In this document: positions 10,341 to 21,295 of the stretch, piece by piece
Numbering within the stretch: position 1 is the first letter of the stretch
Layout of the letters: each line of letters begins with the position of its first letter
Origin: a virus
Taxonomy: Duplodnaviria; Heunggongvirae; Uroviricota; Caudoviricetes
Reading direction: 5' to 3' (one strand)
DNA length: 60,651 nucleotides
Virus record (IMG/VR): IMGVR_UViG_2690315748_000001
Location: 1 to 60,651 of that record
Made by a program: the position numbers and the translations under genes
The notes under the pieces: model-generated
Told to the model about the DNA's origin: nothing
The model's database searches: none
The model's input: the letters and a program-made list of their open reading frames with translations, nothing else

Positions 10341-10993
10341 TCACCCCATCCCGAATTGCCGCTATCGTCAGCAATTTGATTTTCTTTGTCATCTGTGTCT
10401 GTCAAGTTAGCAAACTTCAAGACGAGTTTAAGAACTCCTTTTCCATCATAAACATTTGAAACAGAGTCGATAGAAGAAACTTCATATACGCTCTCATCAA
10501 AAATAAACCTCATTTGAGGTTTGATGGTTTTTGTGTCGTTATTGTATTGAACTTGAACTGTTAGTTCTCCATCAGAGTTGTACACAATTTGTGTATCATC
10601 GTTCTCTTCGTATGTCGTACCTTTAACGAAACACTTGTATTCTTTAATCTCGTCTTTTCCATCTTTCCATCGTAAAAACCTGTTACAAAGACTAGCATTT
10701 GCTTTCGGATAAATCTCATTTTCAATGAAGTCAAGGATAATGTATGTGTTTTGTTTCATTTCCACATATGATCCTGCATCAACAAGACTGCTAGGTCTTA
10801 ATAGCAAGTCCAATTGATGAGATTTTTTCCGATTAATAATACAATCAGACTCCACTCCATCTATCAGCACTTGCCTATAAGATGGAGACTTGCTGAACAT
10901 ATCATTTACATGAACGATAGTATCGTTTATGTAAGCCTGAGTGATGTTGGAATTGTTTGCTCCAATCATCTTTTGATAGAGGGTTAAGTCCAT
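10334..10993 (-). CDS. Putative head closure/head-tail joining protein
   Basis: Beta-rich 219 aa, synteny after the adaptor genes. Confidence 0.5.
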   Translation of the reverse strand: MDLTLYQKMIGANNSNITQAYINDTIVHVNDMFSKSPSYRQVLIDGVESDCIINRKKSHQLDLLLRPSSLVDAGSYVEMKQNTYIILDFIENEIYPKANASLCNRFLRWKDGKDEIKEYKCFVKGTTYEENDDTQIVYNSDGELTVQVQYNNDTKTIKPQMRFIFDESVYEVSSIDSVSNVYDGKGVLKLVLKFANLTDTDDKENQIADDSGNSGWGEW

Positions 10994-11290
10994 TTACATC
11001 ACTCTCTCTTTCGCTCGAACAATTACATCTATCACTTTAAATACATCGCTCTTTAAGAGTCTATGATTGCTGTAATCAAGTCCTTTAAGCGTTCCGCACA
11101 CCAAAAGCAACTCTTCCCCAAGGAATACTTTCGAATTACCTACAACCTCTCTTATAAGGGAATCCACATAAGGCTCTAATGTAGCCACTTGTTCTTCATT
11201 CATAGGAATGATTTTAAAAACTCTATTGATGAGTTTTGACAAGTATGCAACCAACTGAGTATCTTCAATCATTCCATATTGAGTCATCAT
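10994..11290 (-). CDS. Hypothetical head-tail region protein
   Basis: 98 aa, translationally coupled to both neighbours. Confidence 0.65.
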   Translation of the reverse strand: MMTQYGMIEDTQLVAYLSKLINRVFKIIPMNEEQVATLEPYVDSLIREVVGNSKVFLGEELLLVCGTLKGLDYSNHRLLKSDVFKVIDVIVRAKERVM

Positions 11291-11712
11291 GACAGATCAT
11301 CCAATCCGACACGATAAGAATAGGAAACCATCAGATTGGATGCTTCGAGATTCATGTCTTTTCTTAGAGCAATCAGTTGGCTTAGGTGGTTGGCTGTAGA
11401 ATAAATTTTGTATTCTTTGTCAGAGAGAATTTGTTCGAGGTTCTTGATGTGTGTGATCTTGCTTGAAACATAGCTAATGCTCATCAAAGTAGCGAGTATT
11501 TCTTTTTCAAAGTCATCTAGTGTCGTCGTAAACTCTTGAGCTTTAGTATCGACAGTTAAGTCTTTTGAGGTGCTAGTGAATCTTACGACTGCACTTCTTA
11601 GATGCTTGTACAACACAGATTCCAAATCGCCAGTCTCATTAAGAGACAAAAAGGAATAGTCAGTTACTTTAACAAGGAAGAAGTCATATACTTCTGCGAG
11701 GGGAGTTGCCAT
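11287..11712 (-). CDS. Putative head-tail adaptor
   Basis: Helical 141 aa (MATPLAEVYDFFLVKVTDY), synteny. Confidence 0.5.
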   Translation of the reverse strand: MATPLAEVYDFFLVKVTDYSFLSLNETGDLESVLYKHLRSAVVRFTSTSKDLTVDTKAQEFTTTLDDFEKEILATLMSISYVSSKITHIKNLEQILSDKEYKIYSTANHLSQLIALRKDMNLEASNLMVSYSYRVGLDDLS

Positions 11713-11717
11713 TTACA

Positions 11718-12494
11718 TTACCCCCTTTGACCAATATCAGTTTGGAAACGCTCATTAAGATAGTTGATCTTCTTGACTGAATCCAATTCTCCAATTTCAT
11801 AGAGTCTCTTGGCTCTGGATACAATGAGATGCTTAATGCCTTTTGGAGATTTCTCAACTACATCTTCAAACTCACGTTGGTTCATCTTAAATATAGTGTC
11901 GATCTGCTCTGGATTGCGAATATTTTCATACATCTTAGTCAAACCAAGATGCTCAACAGCATTGTCATCCATAATCAAAAGGAAAGGCTCATCAAAGAAT
12001 CGACGTTGAGAGCTGCGCATAGTCAGAAGTTCTTGGAACTCCATGTATTCAATGTCTCCATATTCAGAGAAAATCCATTCTGCGCCAGTCTTACGAGAGG
12101 TATATACCAAAGTGCCATTCGTAACATTCATTACTGCAATGTTTTCGAATCGGTCAATTTCCTTTTTTTGAGATACTGGTTTAGCCATCGTGGGGGTGGT
12201 AGCAGTTTCGGCGGATTTTTGCTCTGCTTCAACTTCCTTCCTTGCTTGCTCTTTTAATTCAGCCAACATCTCTTTCTTCATTTGCTCCATCAGGGCTTGA
12301 ATATCCACTTGTGGAGCCGCCTGAGTAGTCGCCTGTGGCTCTAAAGCAGCTTGAGGTTCTTGGGATACCAATTGTCCTTCCAGATCGCTCAGAATGGATT
12401 CTAGCTTCGCTAGAGACTTCTTCATGAGGTTGGACTTAGTATCTACTTCTTCGATGCTCAAAATCTCTTCCACCAATTGTGCCTTTGTTCTCAT
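11718..12494 (-). CDS. Conserved protein downstream of major capsid (SPbeta YonA-like position)
   Basis: 258 aa, RBS AAAGGAG, first gene after the capsid terminator. Confidence 0.6.
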   Translation of the reverse strand: MRTKAQLVEEILSIEEVDTKSNLMKKSLAKLESILSDLEGQLVSQEPQAALEPQATTQAAPQVDIQALMEQMKKEMLAELKEQARKEVEAEQKSAETATTPTMAKPVSQKKEIDRFENIAVMNVTNGTLVYTSRKTGAEWIFSEYGDIEYMEFQELLTMRSSQRRFFDEPFLLIMDDNAVEHLGLTKMYENIRNPEQIDTIFKMNQREFEDVVEKSPKGIKHLIVSRAKRLYEIGELDSVKKINYLNERFQTDIGQRG

Positions 12495-12614
12495 TTAAAA
12501 CATCTCCTTTTTCTCTCTTGATAAATAAAAAAGCAAGGAAGACCGAAGCCCTCCCTGCTTAATGATTAACTCTACGCTCAATCGCGTGGGGTGCTAGACC
12601 CAACTCCTAATAGA

Positions 12615-13592
12615 TTAGGAAATACGGTAGATACCGTATTTAGCGGCAGACAGTACGGCAATACCAGCCTTCTTAATGAAGGTGTACTCCCGTTGCATAT
12701 CCTTACGGTTAGTGCCATCTCCCTCAATGATCATGGAGTCGCCTTCCATAACCAATTTAACGAACTTATCAGGGGATTTAGGAACAACCATGATGAAGCC
12801 ATTGTCAATCGCAAACTCGTTGGAACCAACTTTGTGCGCTTGTTTGATAGCCATCATTTGGGTGCCATGGAAGTTACCGTAGAAGCCGAAATCGTTACGT
12901 GCTTCCTTGGATTTCTCAGACTCAGTACCATAGTTAATCTTAGCCAGAGCAGATTTAGTACCGAGGATCATTGCTTCCATACCTGTAGCAGCTTCTACGT
13001 GAGCGATCAATTCGTCCAGTTTAGCTTCGCTGAATGTACCAGAGATAGCATAAGTGGAGCCAAGCTGATTGTAGCTGTTGTATACAGCATCATAGATAAG
13101 ATTTTGGATTTTGTTCTCGTAGGAACGTGCTACGTTCTCAACCAGCTTCGCGAAGTCTTGACGACCAGCCAACAAGCGAGAAAGTTCTTCGTAGACAGCT
13201 ACACCCATCATGTAAGTCTTGACTGTCAATTCACCAACGTCCAAACGGTCACGACGAAGGTCGCCATTACCATCGGATACGATAGCTACGTCAAACAAGC
13301 GATTTTCTTCGATTGTGAACACTTTCGCGTCACCATGTTCAATTACTACAGTCTCAACAAATGTATCGAATTGACCTTTAATTCCTTCTTCAACCAAAAT
13401 GTCGAGTGCTTCCTCAAGAATAGCAAACAGATTCGGGTTGTTACGGAAAGATTTAGGTGTCAGTTTTTCAGAACCACCATTAGCTTCGATCAATTCCTTC
13501 CGTAGCACTTCCATAGCATCTGCGCGAGAGAATTTAGTAGCTTCTCCCTGATTACGATAAAAGTCAATTGCTAATTTAGCTACATCACGCAT
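12615..13592 (-). CDS. Major capsid protein
   Basis: 325 aa after scaffold and decoration genes, strongly biased codon usage, AAGGAGG RBS, terminator-like hairpin downstream at about 12527-12560. Confidence 0.8.
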   Translation of the reverse strand: MRDVAKLAIDFYRNQGEATKFSRADAMEVLRKELIEANGGSEKLTPKSFRNNPNLFAILEEALDILVEEGIKGQFDTFVETVVIEHGDAKVFTIEENRLFDVAIVSDGNGDLRRDRLDVGELTVKTYMMGVAVYEELSRLLAGRQDFAKLVENVARSYENKIQNLIYDAVYNSYNQLGSTYAISGTFSEAKLDELIAHVEAATGMEAMILGTKSALAKINYGTESEKSKEARNDFGFYGNFHGTQMMAIKQAHKVGSNEFAIDNGFIMVVPKSPDKFVKLVMEGDSMIIEGDGTNRKDMQREYTFIKKAGIAVLSAAKYGIYRIS

Positions 13593-13700
13593 TTTATTTC
13601 CTCCTTATGATAAACCTTCATTTTTTTAAAGATTAGAGAATCACCAAACAACCCCAAGGCGAACCTATGTGCGCGTTGGGGTTGTGTGATTATCGGATGT

Positions 13701-13714
13701 GTACTTTCTTCGGC
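13701..13714 (-). promoter_or_regulatory. GCCGAAGAAAGTAC box (perfect)
   Basis: Upstream of major capsid gene. Confidence 0.75.
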
Positions 13715-13721
13715 TCCCTTA

Positions 13722-14219
13722 TTATGCTTTAACAACGCGAAGTTGATAAGCGTCAGTGCCATCATAGCCAAGAGTGGTTTTGCGAACTACTTCAAGAACC
13801 AGACTAACTGCTACAGTGCCAGTGGAACCACCTTTACCATCAGCCGAAGTTTCAAGTTTCAGGGAACCAGTTTGTGGTACAGCAAATTGACCAACTACAG
13901 GTGTACCCTCAATCAGATCATTGGTAAGAGTGATTACATCACCTTTTACCAAGTGATAGCCGCGACCTTCATCACCAGCGCCTACTACAAAATGTTTCAG
14001 ACCAGCTTGACGAGGGTCAGCCATAACTTCTGGCGTGGAGTGAAGCAAAAACTCTTTCTCCAAATCTGCATCTGTCTGCGGAATAGCAACTTGATACAGT
14101 TCAGTCTCACCATCAACTAGATCACCAAGTTGTACAAACAGACCGTTAGTCATAACAGCGGTGTGTCTGATGGATTCAAGGTGTCCACCAGTAATCTTAT
14201 CCAAACGAATAACTGCCAT
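13722..14219 (-). CDS. Putative capsid decoration protein
   Basis: 165-aa beta-rich protein between scaffold and capsid genes. Confidence 0.5.
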   Translation of the reverse strand: MAVIRLDKITGGHLESIRHTAVMTNGLFVQLGDLVDGETELYQVAIPQTDADLEKEFLLHSTPEVMADPRQAGLKHFVVGAGDEGRGYHLVKGDVITLTNDLIEGTPVVGQFAVPQTGSLKLETSADGKGGSTGTVAVSLVLEVVRKTTLGYDGTDAYQLRVVKA

Positions 14220-14258
14220 TTTTATTTCCTCCTTTAGAAAATAAGAGATTAATTTTTA

Positions 14259-15869
14259 TTAGGAAAGCCCATGCTTTTTAAAGAGATGAGCATAACCACT
14301 TGGGTCAGTAGACTCTTGCTCTTGCTTAACACCAATTTTCATACTGTAGCTTTGAGTCTTTGGTGCTGAGAACTTCGTAGTCTTACGACCAACAAGCTCG
14401 AAGCATTTCGACTCGATTTGTTCGATGGTAAAGTTGTGAATATTCTCGCGAATTTCAGCAACATCTTCATCAGACAACTTATCGAATTGAGAAATAACTT
14501 CGTCAGCCAAAGCTTCATGCTGTCCACGAAGAACATTGGCTTGAAACTCTTTCAGTTCGGCGTTTTCTTTCTCGTAGTCTGCAAAGCTAGAACGCATCAA
14601 TTCCAGAGCGCCTTTTTCATCGCCAGTCAGGAACATAGCGAATACTTCACTTACATTGCCAAGAGTGATATTGTCGCCTTCTCTGCTGTATTCAACCTTA
14701 TGGAACTTTCGACCATAATCATCTTCCGTAATAAAGTGAGTGTCATACACCGATACGATGTAATTCCAACTCCATTCAGCTTCACCACCAAATGCAGATG
14801 CAATATGTTGGTCAAGACCAGTGTAGAGTTGGCTACGAATATCGTCATGAGAAAGCTCAAAATTCAAAGTGAACTTTTCAGGTGTCTCATCAGGTTTGTT
14901 GTCTTGCGAAAACTCTCCATCTGTTTTGTCACCTTCGTTTTCTTGCGAAAACTTTTTCTCATCTTCATCTTCGTCATCATCTTTGTCTTCGGAATCCTTG
15001 TTCTCTGCATCTTCTTTAGCTTTCATTTGAGTTTCAGGTTGTTTAACCTCTCCATCCTGATCGGATGTGAATACTTCTTCAATCTTCACTTCCAAGTCCT
15101 CAATAGAGAAAGTGTCAACTGCAACTCCCTTTTCAGCTAATGCTTCAACAGTTGTAGAGTACTTAGCCAGTAATTCTTCAAGCGTCATTTCTTGTTCCAC
15201 CTCCTTGTCTTGCTTATTGCTATAAGCCAATTGAAATTCATTCAGCTTACGAGCAATCTCTTCTTGGTATACATTGACGTTTGCTGAGAATGAAGTCTCA
15301 ACACTCGCCTGTTGCATGGCAGGAAGAACATCTTGTCCTAACAAGCAAGCACCATAGAAAGCGAATTTCGTAAATACGAATGCGCCATCTTCATTAAAGT
15401 ATCCATCGTAATTGTCATCCAGCTCCATCGACTGTGCGACTTCACCATACTGATTTAGAATATTGACTCCATCATCAAATTTAGTCCACATCAAACCATC
15501 AACTACTAGATACTCCAAGTCATTGTCGAAGTCTCCCTTCTTTGTCTCGAATCGCGGATTGCAATTCTCAGGGATCACTCCAAATGCTTGCCCAATATAA
15601 CGAGTCTTAAATTCTCCACCTTCAACAACAAGTTCAACTTCGTGACCTCTAAAGTCTTTATCTCCTAGACGAGACTCTTCTACATATCCCAAAATTGGGG
15701 TGTTCTTTAGAGTTTCCATTGCTTCTTCTACAGCTTCCCTTGTGAAGACACTGTTGTTGTAGTTCTGCCCTAAATGCATCAACCAAATCTTTACCTTCTG
15801 AAATCGAGTGTCGATTTGATCGACTTTTTCGAACTTCACAGGAACAGTTTTGTGTACATTCTTGCTCAT
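14259..15869 (-). CDS. Prohead protease/scaffold fusion
   Basis: N-terminal WLMHLGQNYNNSVFTREAVEEAMETLKNTPILGY protease-like domain, acidic linker, coiled-coil C-terminus; between portal and capsid. Confidence 0.7.
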   Translation of the reverse strand: MSKNVHKTVPVKFEKVDQIDTRFQKVKIWLMHLGQNYNNSVFTREAVEEAMETLKNTPILGYVEESRLGDKDFRGHEVELVVEGGEFKTRYIGQAFGVIPENCNPRFETKKGDFDNDLEYLVVDGLMWTKFDDGVNILNQYGEVAQSMELDDNYDGYFNEDGAFVFTKFAFYGACLLGQDVLPAMQQASVETSFSANVNVYQEEIARKLNEFQLAYSNKQDKEVEQEMTLEELLAKYSTTVEALAEKGVAVDTFSIEDLEVKIEEVFTSDQDGEVKQPETQMKAKEDAENKDSEDKDDDEDEDEKKFSQENEGDKTDGEFSQDNKPDETPEKFTLNFELSHDDIRSQLYTGLDQHIASAFGGEAEWSWNYIVSVYDTHFITEDDYGRKFHKVEYSREGDNITLGNVSEVFAMFLTGDEKGALELMRSSFADYEKENAELKEFQANVLRGQHEALADEVISQFDKLSDEDVAEIRENIHNFTIEQIESKCFELVGRKTTKFSAPKTQSYSMKIGVKQEQESTDPSGYAHLFKKHGLS

Positions 15870-15885
15870 TTAATTTCACCCCCTT

Positions 15886-17382
15886 CTATTCCTTGTTAGC
15901 GTTATCCTCTCCCTCTCTCTGTGACTCGCCTTTTTCTGAAAGTTCATCATCTTCCGAAAGTGGTCTGCCGCCATCATCTGTAGAACCAGTACTTTCTTCC
16001 TCACCTGTTTGAGTGTGAGAAGAAGTTAATGGAATAAAGCTACTTGAAAGCCCTAACACTTGTTCTTCGAGGAAGTTCATTGAGACAACTGAACTTGGAG
16101 AGATACCAAGGCAAGCACAAAGCATAATCTTTACTGGTAGACCATATTGAGCATTCTTTAGAAGAGTCTCAGCATTTTCTTTCCTATTAAAGATCGTATT
16201 ATCGAGGATTCTAACTTTAAACTTAAAGGAACCGCTCATGGAATTTTTAAGTTTCCCTGTAGCAATGCGCTCAAGCTGTCTAAGAATCGCAAATACTTCT
16301 GCTTCGTCTACATTGATTGACTTCGCTAGAGTAGATGACGATGTTCCCTTTGGATTAAATAACTGTGAAGCCGTTCCTGCCGATGCGTAAAACGCTTCTT
16401 CGGCTTGCGAAACATTATCGCTTTCATAGTTACTTTTTGTGAACTCCAAGGTTTCAACGTCAAATGGGGTGCTGAATATACCTATTTCGTCAGGAAGAAG
16501 ACTCGCAGTTTTATTGTGAAACATTTGAACTGTCTTCAAATCGACATTGAAGTCATTATTCTTATCAGAGTTTTCTCTAATAGGAATCTTCTCAACAATA
16601 AACTTGTAGTTACCAACGACTTCACTTGCCATTCTTAATGCCTTATAGTCTTCGATATCAAAGATATCTGCAAACAAACCAGCAAATGGTGGAATATCGT
16701 AATACACTTCTTCGTTGACCTTAATACAGATCGACCTTGCAGGGTCAACCTCTTGCCACTTCGGTTTACTCCCCGATTTGTAAGAGTTATACATCTTCTT
16801 GAACTCTTTCGGAAACAACTCTAACTGATCGGTATTTCTCTCGAAGTATGATACATCAAAACTAAAAGTGTAAATGCCATCTGCAATTCCACTAATTTGG
16901 CAGAAATCATAAGGGAGTTCTTTAATGAAGTAGGTGTCTTTCGTAAATAACTCAAAACCATAGAAAGTTCCTACCTTCCATGCAGATACTAAAGCTTTAC
17001 CAAATTCATGTCGAATGTTCATCAATTCAACAAAATCAAGTGCTTTATTGTAGTTGTTACGGAGTGTCTTTACGTTTACACTTTTCGATGTATCCAGACC
17101 ATAAAGTTCCACATAGTAATCTAGCGTAGGCAACTTTGCATAGTAATTAACAAGTCTGCGATAATGCGGACTGAAATCATAAAGATATGCACTCATCTTC
17201 TGTAACTCTTTCGAGTATCGTTTCGGGTTTGCCAAGTAAGTTGAAACGTTATTTCTCGTATAGGTTGCAGAGGTCGTTGTTTGGTTCTTAGAAAGGTCTT
17301 TGATCGTCAATTCTGTTAGCTTGGCATAATCCAAAATAACACTTTCCCTCACAAACGTATTAGCTTGCGGATTTTCGCTCAT
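15886..17382 (-). CDS. Portal protein
   Basis: About 498 aa directly after terminase; start placed at ATG 17382 (RBS GAAAGGAGG) rather than 17511, which overlaps terL. Confidence 0.8.
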   Translation of the reverse strand: MSENPQANTFVRESVILDYAKLTELTIKDLSKNQTTTSATYTRNNVSTYLANPKRYSKELQKMSAYLYDFSPHYRRLVNYYAKLPTLDYYVELYGLDTSKSVNVKTLRNNYNKALDFVELMNIRHEFGKALVSAWKVGTFYGFELFTKDTYFIKELPYDFCQISGIADGIYTFSFDVSYFERNTDQLELFPKEFKKMYNSYKSGSKPKWQEVDPARSICIKVNEEVYYDIPPFAGLFADIFDIEDYKALRMASEVVGNYKFIVEKIPIRENSDKNNDFNVDLKTVQMFHNKTASLLPDEIGIFSTPFDVETLEFTKSNYESDNVSQAEEAFYASAGTASQLFNPKGTSSSTLAKSINVDEAEVFAILRQLERIATGKLKNSMSGSFKFKVRILDNTIFNRKENAETLLKNAQYGLPVKIMLCACLGISPSSVVSMNFLEEQVLGLSSSFIPLTSSHTQTGEEESTGSTDDGGRPLSEDDELSEKGESQREGEDNANKE

Positions 17383-17395
17383 GAAAACCCTCCTT

Positions 17396-19072
17396 TCATC
17401 GTGATGGTTTTTTAACACTTCTTCCCATAAAGAATGAAGCGATATCACCAATGTCTTCTTCTCTAAGCGTCTTGTTCCGCTGTTCTTCGAGATAAATCCA
17501 AAATAACCCATACTCTAATGCAGAGAATCGGTCTTTTTGAATCGACTTAGATACTTGCTTAACTTCCGTTCTGTGACCAGACTGTCTATATTCCAAGTTC
17601 ATAATCTCTTCTTGCAAGAAGTCTGTCATAACATGCGGACGCAACATTTCAGCAAGTTTCTCAATGTCTTTGTTCTTCATTTTTGCTTTAGCTTGAGATT
17701 CAGATTCTAGGAACTTAACTTGGTTGTTAGCCATCCATTGAATGAACAAGTTATGGATATCACTCGCATTAGTATCCTTAGTCTGAGATTTAATCGCGAA
17801 GATCATCGGTACACTATTAGAAGTCTTAAACTTGGCGTACCTTTCGTCATTAATGACTTCGTATGGAGGATTAGAGTCAATTTCTAAAATAAGCTGATCA
17901 ATCAAGCCCTGACCCAAACCGTTAGCATCGACTACGAGGATTCTTGCGCGGAAATCATTTACCTTCTGCTTCAAAAACAATGCTTGCTCTCTAAAGTGGG
18001 TTCCTTCAAAAGTGTAAATGTTCACAACATGCTTTGTGTACGTCCCATCTCCTTTTGGAGCTAATTTAATAACTACCAAAGCTGACTGAGCGTTGGCATT
18101 CCCTTCTGAACGAGCAACGTCATAAGCTAAAACGTATTCAATGTGTTTATCATTTACAGCCTTCTCTTCTGCGTGTGGTAGCACTCTCGCCTTACGGAAT
18201 GTCTCAAGGTCAACCAGAGAGTTTTCTGAACTACCAGACCAAACGCTTCCATATTCCCGTAAGAACGAGATTGGGTTGAAGTTTGGCGACTCTTTCAAGT
18301 CATTGATATAGTCTATTGACAATAATTTAAATCCAGTTGCTAACTCATATCCTGCCCCTAGAATGTATGCTGATTTGCCAGTAGCCATATCATATAAATA
18401 TTCTTTAAGTACATTGAAAGCAAAACTTTGTTTTGTTCCTGCCGTTGTAACGATAGTGATAGGCTTATGGTTTTCCCATGGGTCTTCTCCACCGCAAGCG
18501 GCTATACGATTGGTCGCCATGATAGGTAGCAATACAGAGTTATAACTTTCTTCATCAAAACGTTCGTGAATGATTTCCTCTACGCTTAAACCATTGGCTC
18601 TAAGACCACGAGACGATTCGCTATTAGCTACAACATGAAGGATAGACCCATTTTTAAAGGTTAGCCTTGTATAATCCTTCTCAAATCTTATCCCATTTTC
18701 CTTACACTCATTTTTAAGCAATGGCAAAAATGAAAATATAGACTCAATATTTTGTTGAGCAATTGCCGCCGCCATTTGTTTTTGTGGTGCAGTTATTGCT
18801 AGTCTAATACCAGGATACATAATGCACCGAAGCATAAGTGCTAAGATTTGCAGGAATGACTTTGAACTACCGCGAGTCAACGTAAAATAAGTTTTCCGAT
18901 ACCTAAAAATGATTCTTAATATAATCCTTTGATAGAATAATAATTTAAATTTCTTAGGATCAGGATTAATCATATCAATGAATAGGTCTGGATAACTTCT
19001 AAACAAAGATAGATACATAATCCAAGTTGGTAACATCTGTTGAAAAGATTTCACTTTCCTATCCTGCATCAC
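17396..19072 (-). CDS. terL: Terminase large subunit
   Basis: Walker A-like TRGSSKSF, Walker B LSVEE, nuclease AYDVAR and C-terminal KDRFSALEY. Confidence 0.9.
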   Translation of the reverse strand: MMQDRKVKSFQQMLPTWIMYLSLFRSYPDLFIDMINPDPKKFKLLFYQRIILRIIFRYRKTYFTLTRGSSKSFLQILALMLRCIMYPGIRLAITAPQKQMAAAIAQQNIESIFSFLPLLKNECKENGIRFEKDYTRLTFKNGSILHVVANSESSRGLRANGLSVEEIIHERFDEESYNSVLLPIMATNRIAACGGEDPWENHKPITIVTTAGTKQSFAFNVLKEYLYDMATGKSAYILGAGYELATGFKLLSIDYINDLKESPNFNPISFLREYGSVWSGSSENSLVDLETFRKARVLPHAEEKAVNDKHIEYVLAYDVARSEGNANAQSALVVIKLAPKGDGTYTKHVVNIYTFEGTHFREQALFLKQKVNDFRARILVVDANGLGQGLIDQLILEIDSNPPYEVINDERYAKFKTSNSVPMIFAIKSQTKDTNASDIHNLFIQWMANNQVKFLESESQAKAKMKNKDIEKLAEMLRPHVMTDFLQEEIMNLEYRQSGHRTEVKQVSKSIQKDRFSALEYGLFWIYLEEQRNKTLREEDIGDIASFFMGRSVKKPSR

Positions 19073-19962
19073 TCTTCACCGCCCAATAGCACACCATTGG
19101 CACTGTTTACTTCATCTGATATATCATCTGGAAGAGTTGATAATTTTTCATGACCAATAAGCTGACGCACATAATTAATATGCGATAATATTGCCATGTC
19201 AACCAAGTCCATGCGTTCTTCAATCGGTTTAGGCTCAACATAACCATTCCTTTCTACTTGCTCAAATAATTGAGAAAAGCTCATCATTCCACTTGATTCA
19301 CTTGCACTCTTTCTGTCTATAGGTCTGAAACCAGATGATTGGAGAATCTTTTCATACCTGTCGTTATAGTTTTTGAATGCCTTATCGTCACCTTGTTCGA
19401 GAGATCTATCCATCCAAATTTGGAGCTTACACAAGTAAACCAATTGTTTCTTTAACTGCGGTGTGTTTATGTCATGGCTATATGACATGTCATGATAAAA
19501 TTTTTCCATTGTTAGATATTCGCGATTAGTGTAGCCAGAACCAAACTTCATTGCGATATCTTTCGTCAGCTTGATAACGCCTTCATCTGTCACTATTTCG
19601 TCTACATCGTCAAGATCATCAAACTTATGTTTGTAGATATCTGTCTCATTTTCACCTTCCATATCGCTGTCAGCCCAACTTGATTTTTTGTATTGTTGGA
19701 GAGAGTTAATCATTCGGAAGTATGTACCAACTGTATCGCTCTCATTTTCTTCTGCTGATTTCCAAACCTTTGCAATAAATGGCTTGTCAATACGTTGCAG
19801 AGTTGTTTTCACTGACTCGATATTGTTTTCATCAATCATTTCTTTCAAACATTTTTTACAGACAGGGACATGACCATCGAACATCATGCTTGTAGATGTG
19901 TAAAAATCCGACAGTAATTTACTCTTCCCACATTCCCCTTTACAAATCTTTCTTTGAGTCAT
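19069..19962 (-). CDS. Zn-finger protein, candidate terminase small subunit
   Basis: N-terminal CKGEC...CKKC; overlaps the terL start. Confidence 0.5.
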   Translation of the reverse strand: MTQRKICKGECGKSKLLSDFYTSTSMMFDGHVPVCKKCLKEMIDENNIESVKTTLQRIDKPFIAKVWKSAEENESDTVGTYFRMINSLQQYKKSSWADSDMEGENETDIYKHKFDDLDDVDEIVTDEGVIKLTKDIAMKFGSGYTNREYLTMEKFYHDMSYSHDINTPQLKKQLVYLCKLQIWMDRSLEQGDDKAFKNYNDRYEKILQSSGFRPIDRKSASESSGMMSFSQLFEQVERNGYVEPKPIEERMDLVDMAILSHINYVRQLIGHEKLSTLPDDISDEVNSANGVLLGGEE

Positions 19963-20026
19963 TCAATCACCTCTTTCAAATAGAGAAAGGATTGACAAGA
20001 ATTTGTATCAATCCTTTCTTCGGTAC

Positions 20027-21295
20027 TCATATATTTTTTTGCAAATCGACACGCTTAATGTCGATCTCACCCAACGAGTTTACGAGGATAACTCCTTGTG
20101 ATGCATTAGATAGGAATTTACCTTTTACCCCATAGTTATTGGCTCCCATCAAAGAGCCAACATAAGCTTCATATTTGTTTTGACCAACTTCCTTCACCGA
20201 AAAGTGATGCAAGTGTCCCATAGCCAAAACGTTGTAGCTAGTGTTGTCAATGTCAGCGTGACTAGCAAGCTTCTTATTGCCTTTTTCATTGTCACCATGT
20301 ACAAACTTCATATTGTATCCATTAAGATAAAAAGAAGTACTGTAGTTGATGTGGTCAACTTCAACATAAGAGATTCGAGATGCTTTCGCTTTCTCAATAA
20401 ATTCTTTAATCATAAAATTGATTACAAAGATTGTAGAATCTCCATCAATATTGTCGTTCTTATCGCCATTCATGCGATCATGATTGCCGCCAATACCGCG
20501 ATATGTGACATTAAAATCCTCAGACAATCCGACAATAAAGTTACGAATCAACTCATATGCTTTGACAATCTGCACAGCCAGAGGAAACTCTGCTTCATGT
20601 GCTTGATTGACTTTACGCATACTCACATGTTCAGTCATATCACCCATACACACTACATTGATTTCGGTAATACCTTCATCATGTGCAATCTTCTTTACGC
20701 GAGAAAGGTATTTTTCAACACGTTTTTGAGCAACTTCATAGTTAAAGGTATTTCCTTTTACATTGTCAACTGTTGCTCCAATATGCCAGTCAGACAACAT
20801 AACTACCATTTGTCCTTCACCGATAATAGGTAGACGTTCTTGATAGGCAAAACTTGGGATAATCTCAAACAGTTCGTTTAACATAGCGTTACGAACCTGT
20901 TCAGCGATTACACCATATAAAGTGATTTCGCGCTTCAATCTTCCAAGTTTTAGGCTCTCCATTTGTACTTCTCTCTTAGCGAAGTACATGTCTCCAACTG
21001 CTTCTTTGATTGAATCCAACTTAGAATCAGCAACAAGATCGGCTTGTTTTTGTCTAGTCTCAATTGTACCTGTAGCAGTCTGGTACGCCTTAATCATTTG
21101 ACGATACGATTCAGAAGCTTCGCTGTCATCAAAACCTTCCAGTAGCATCATTCTTTCGTGTTGCGCCCAATTGGTACGATGGCTTGGAGAAGCCATTTGG
21201 AGTTCTCGCTTAATACGAACTGCTGTGTCAAGATGTTCTTGCGAAACTTCAATAACTTCTCCTTCTTTATTGGTGTATGAACGCATCTTATTCAC
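20027..21295 (-). CDS. Calcineurin-like metallophosphoesterase (YonJ-like)
   Basis: Motifs SDWH, GD, GNHD, HGD, GHLHH; adjacent to the yonK-like gene as in SPbeta. Confidence 0.85.
   Translation of the reverse strand: MNKMRSYTNKEGEVIEVSQEHLDTAVRIKRELQMASPSHRTNWAQHERMMLLEGFDDSEASESYRQMIKAYQTATGTIETRQKQADLVADSKLDSIKEAVGDMYFAKREVQMESLKLGRLKREITLYGVIAEQVRNAMLNELFEIIPSFAYQERLPIIGEGQMVVMLSDWHIGATVDNVKGNTFNYEVAQKRVEKYLSRVKKIAHDEGITEINVVCMGDMTEHVSMRKVNQAHEAEFPLAVQIVKAYELIRNFIVGLSEDFNVTYRGIGGNHDRMNGDKNDNIDGDSTIFVINFMIKEFIEKAKASRISYVEVDHINYSTSFYLNGYNMKFVHGDNEKGNKKLASHADIDNTSYNVLAMGHLHHFSVKEVGQNKYEAYVGSLMGANNYGVKGKFLSNASQGVILVNSLGEIDIKRVDLQKNI

Noticed and set aside
13684-13692. GTGTGATTA resembling the early promoter's first box
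   Set aside because: No TATAAC at the 16-nt spacing, and antisense to the late operon
15886-17511. Portal start at 17511 from the ORF track
   Set aside because: Overlaps terL by more than 100 nt; a strong RBS sits before ATG 17382
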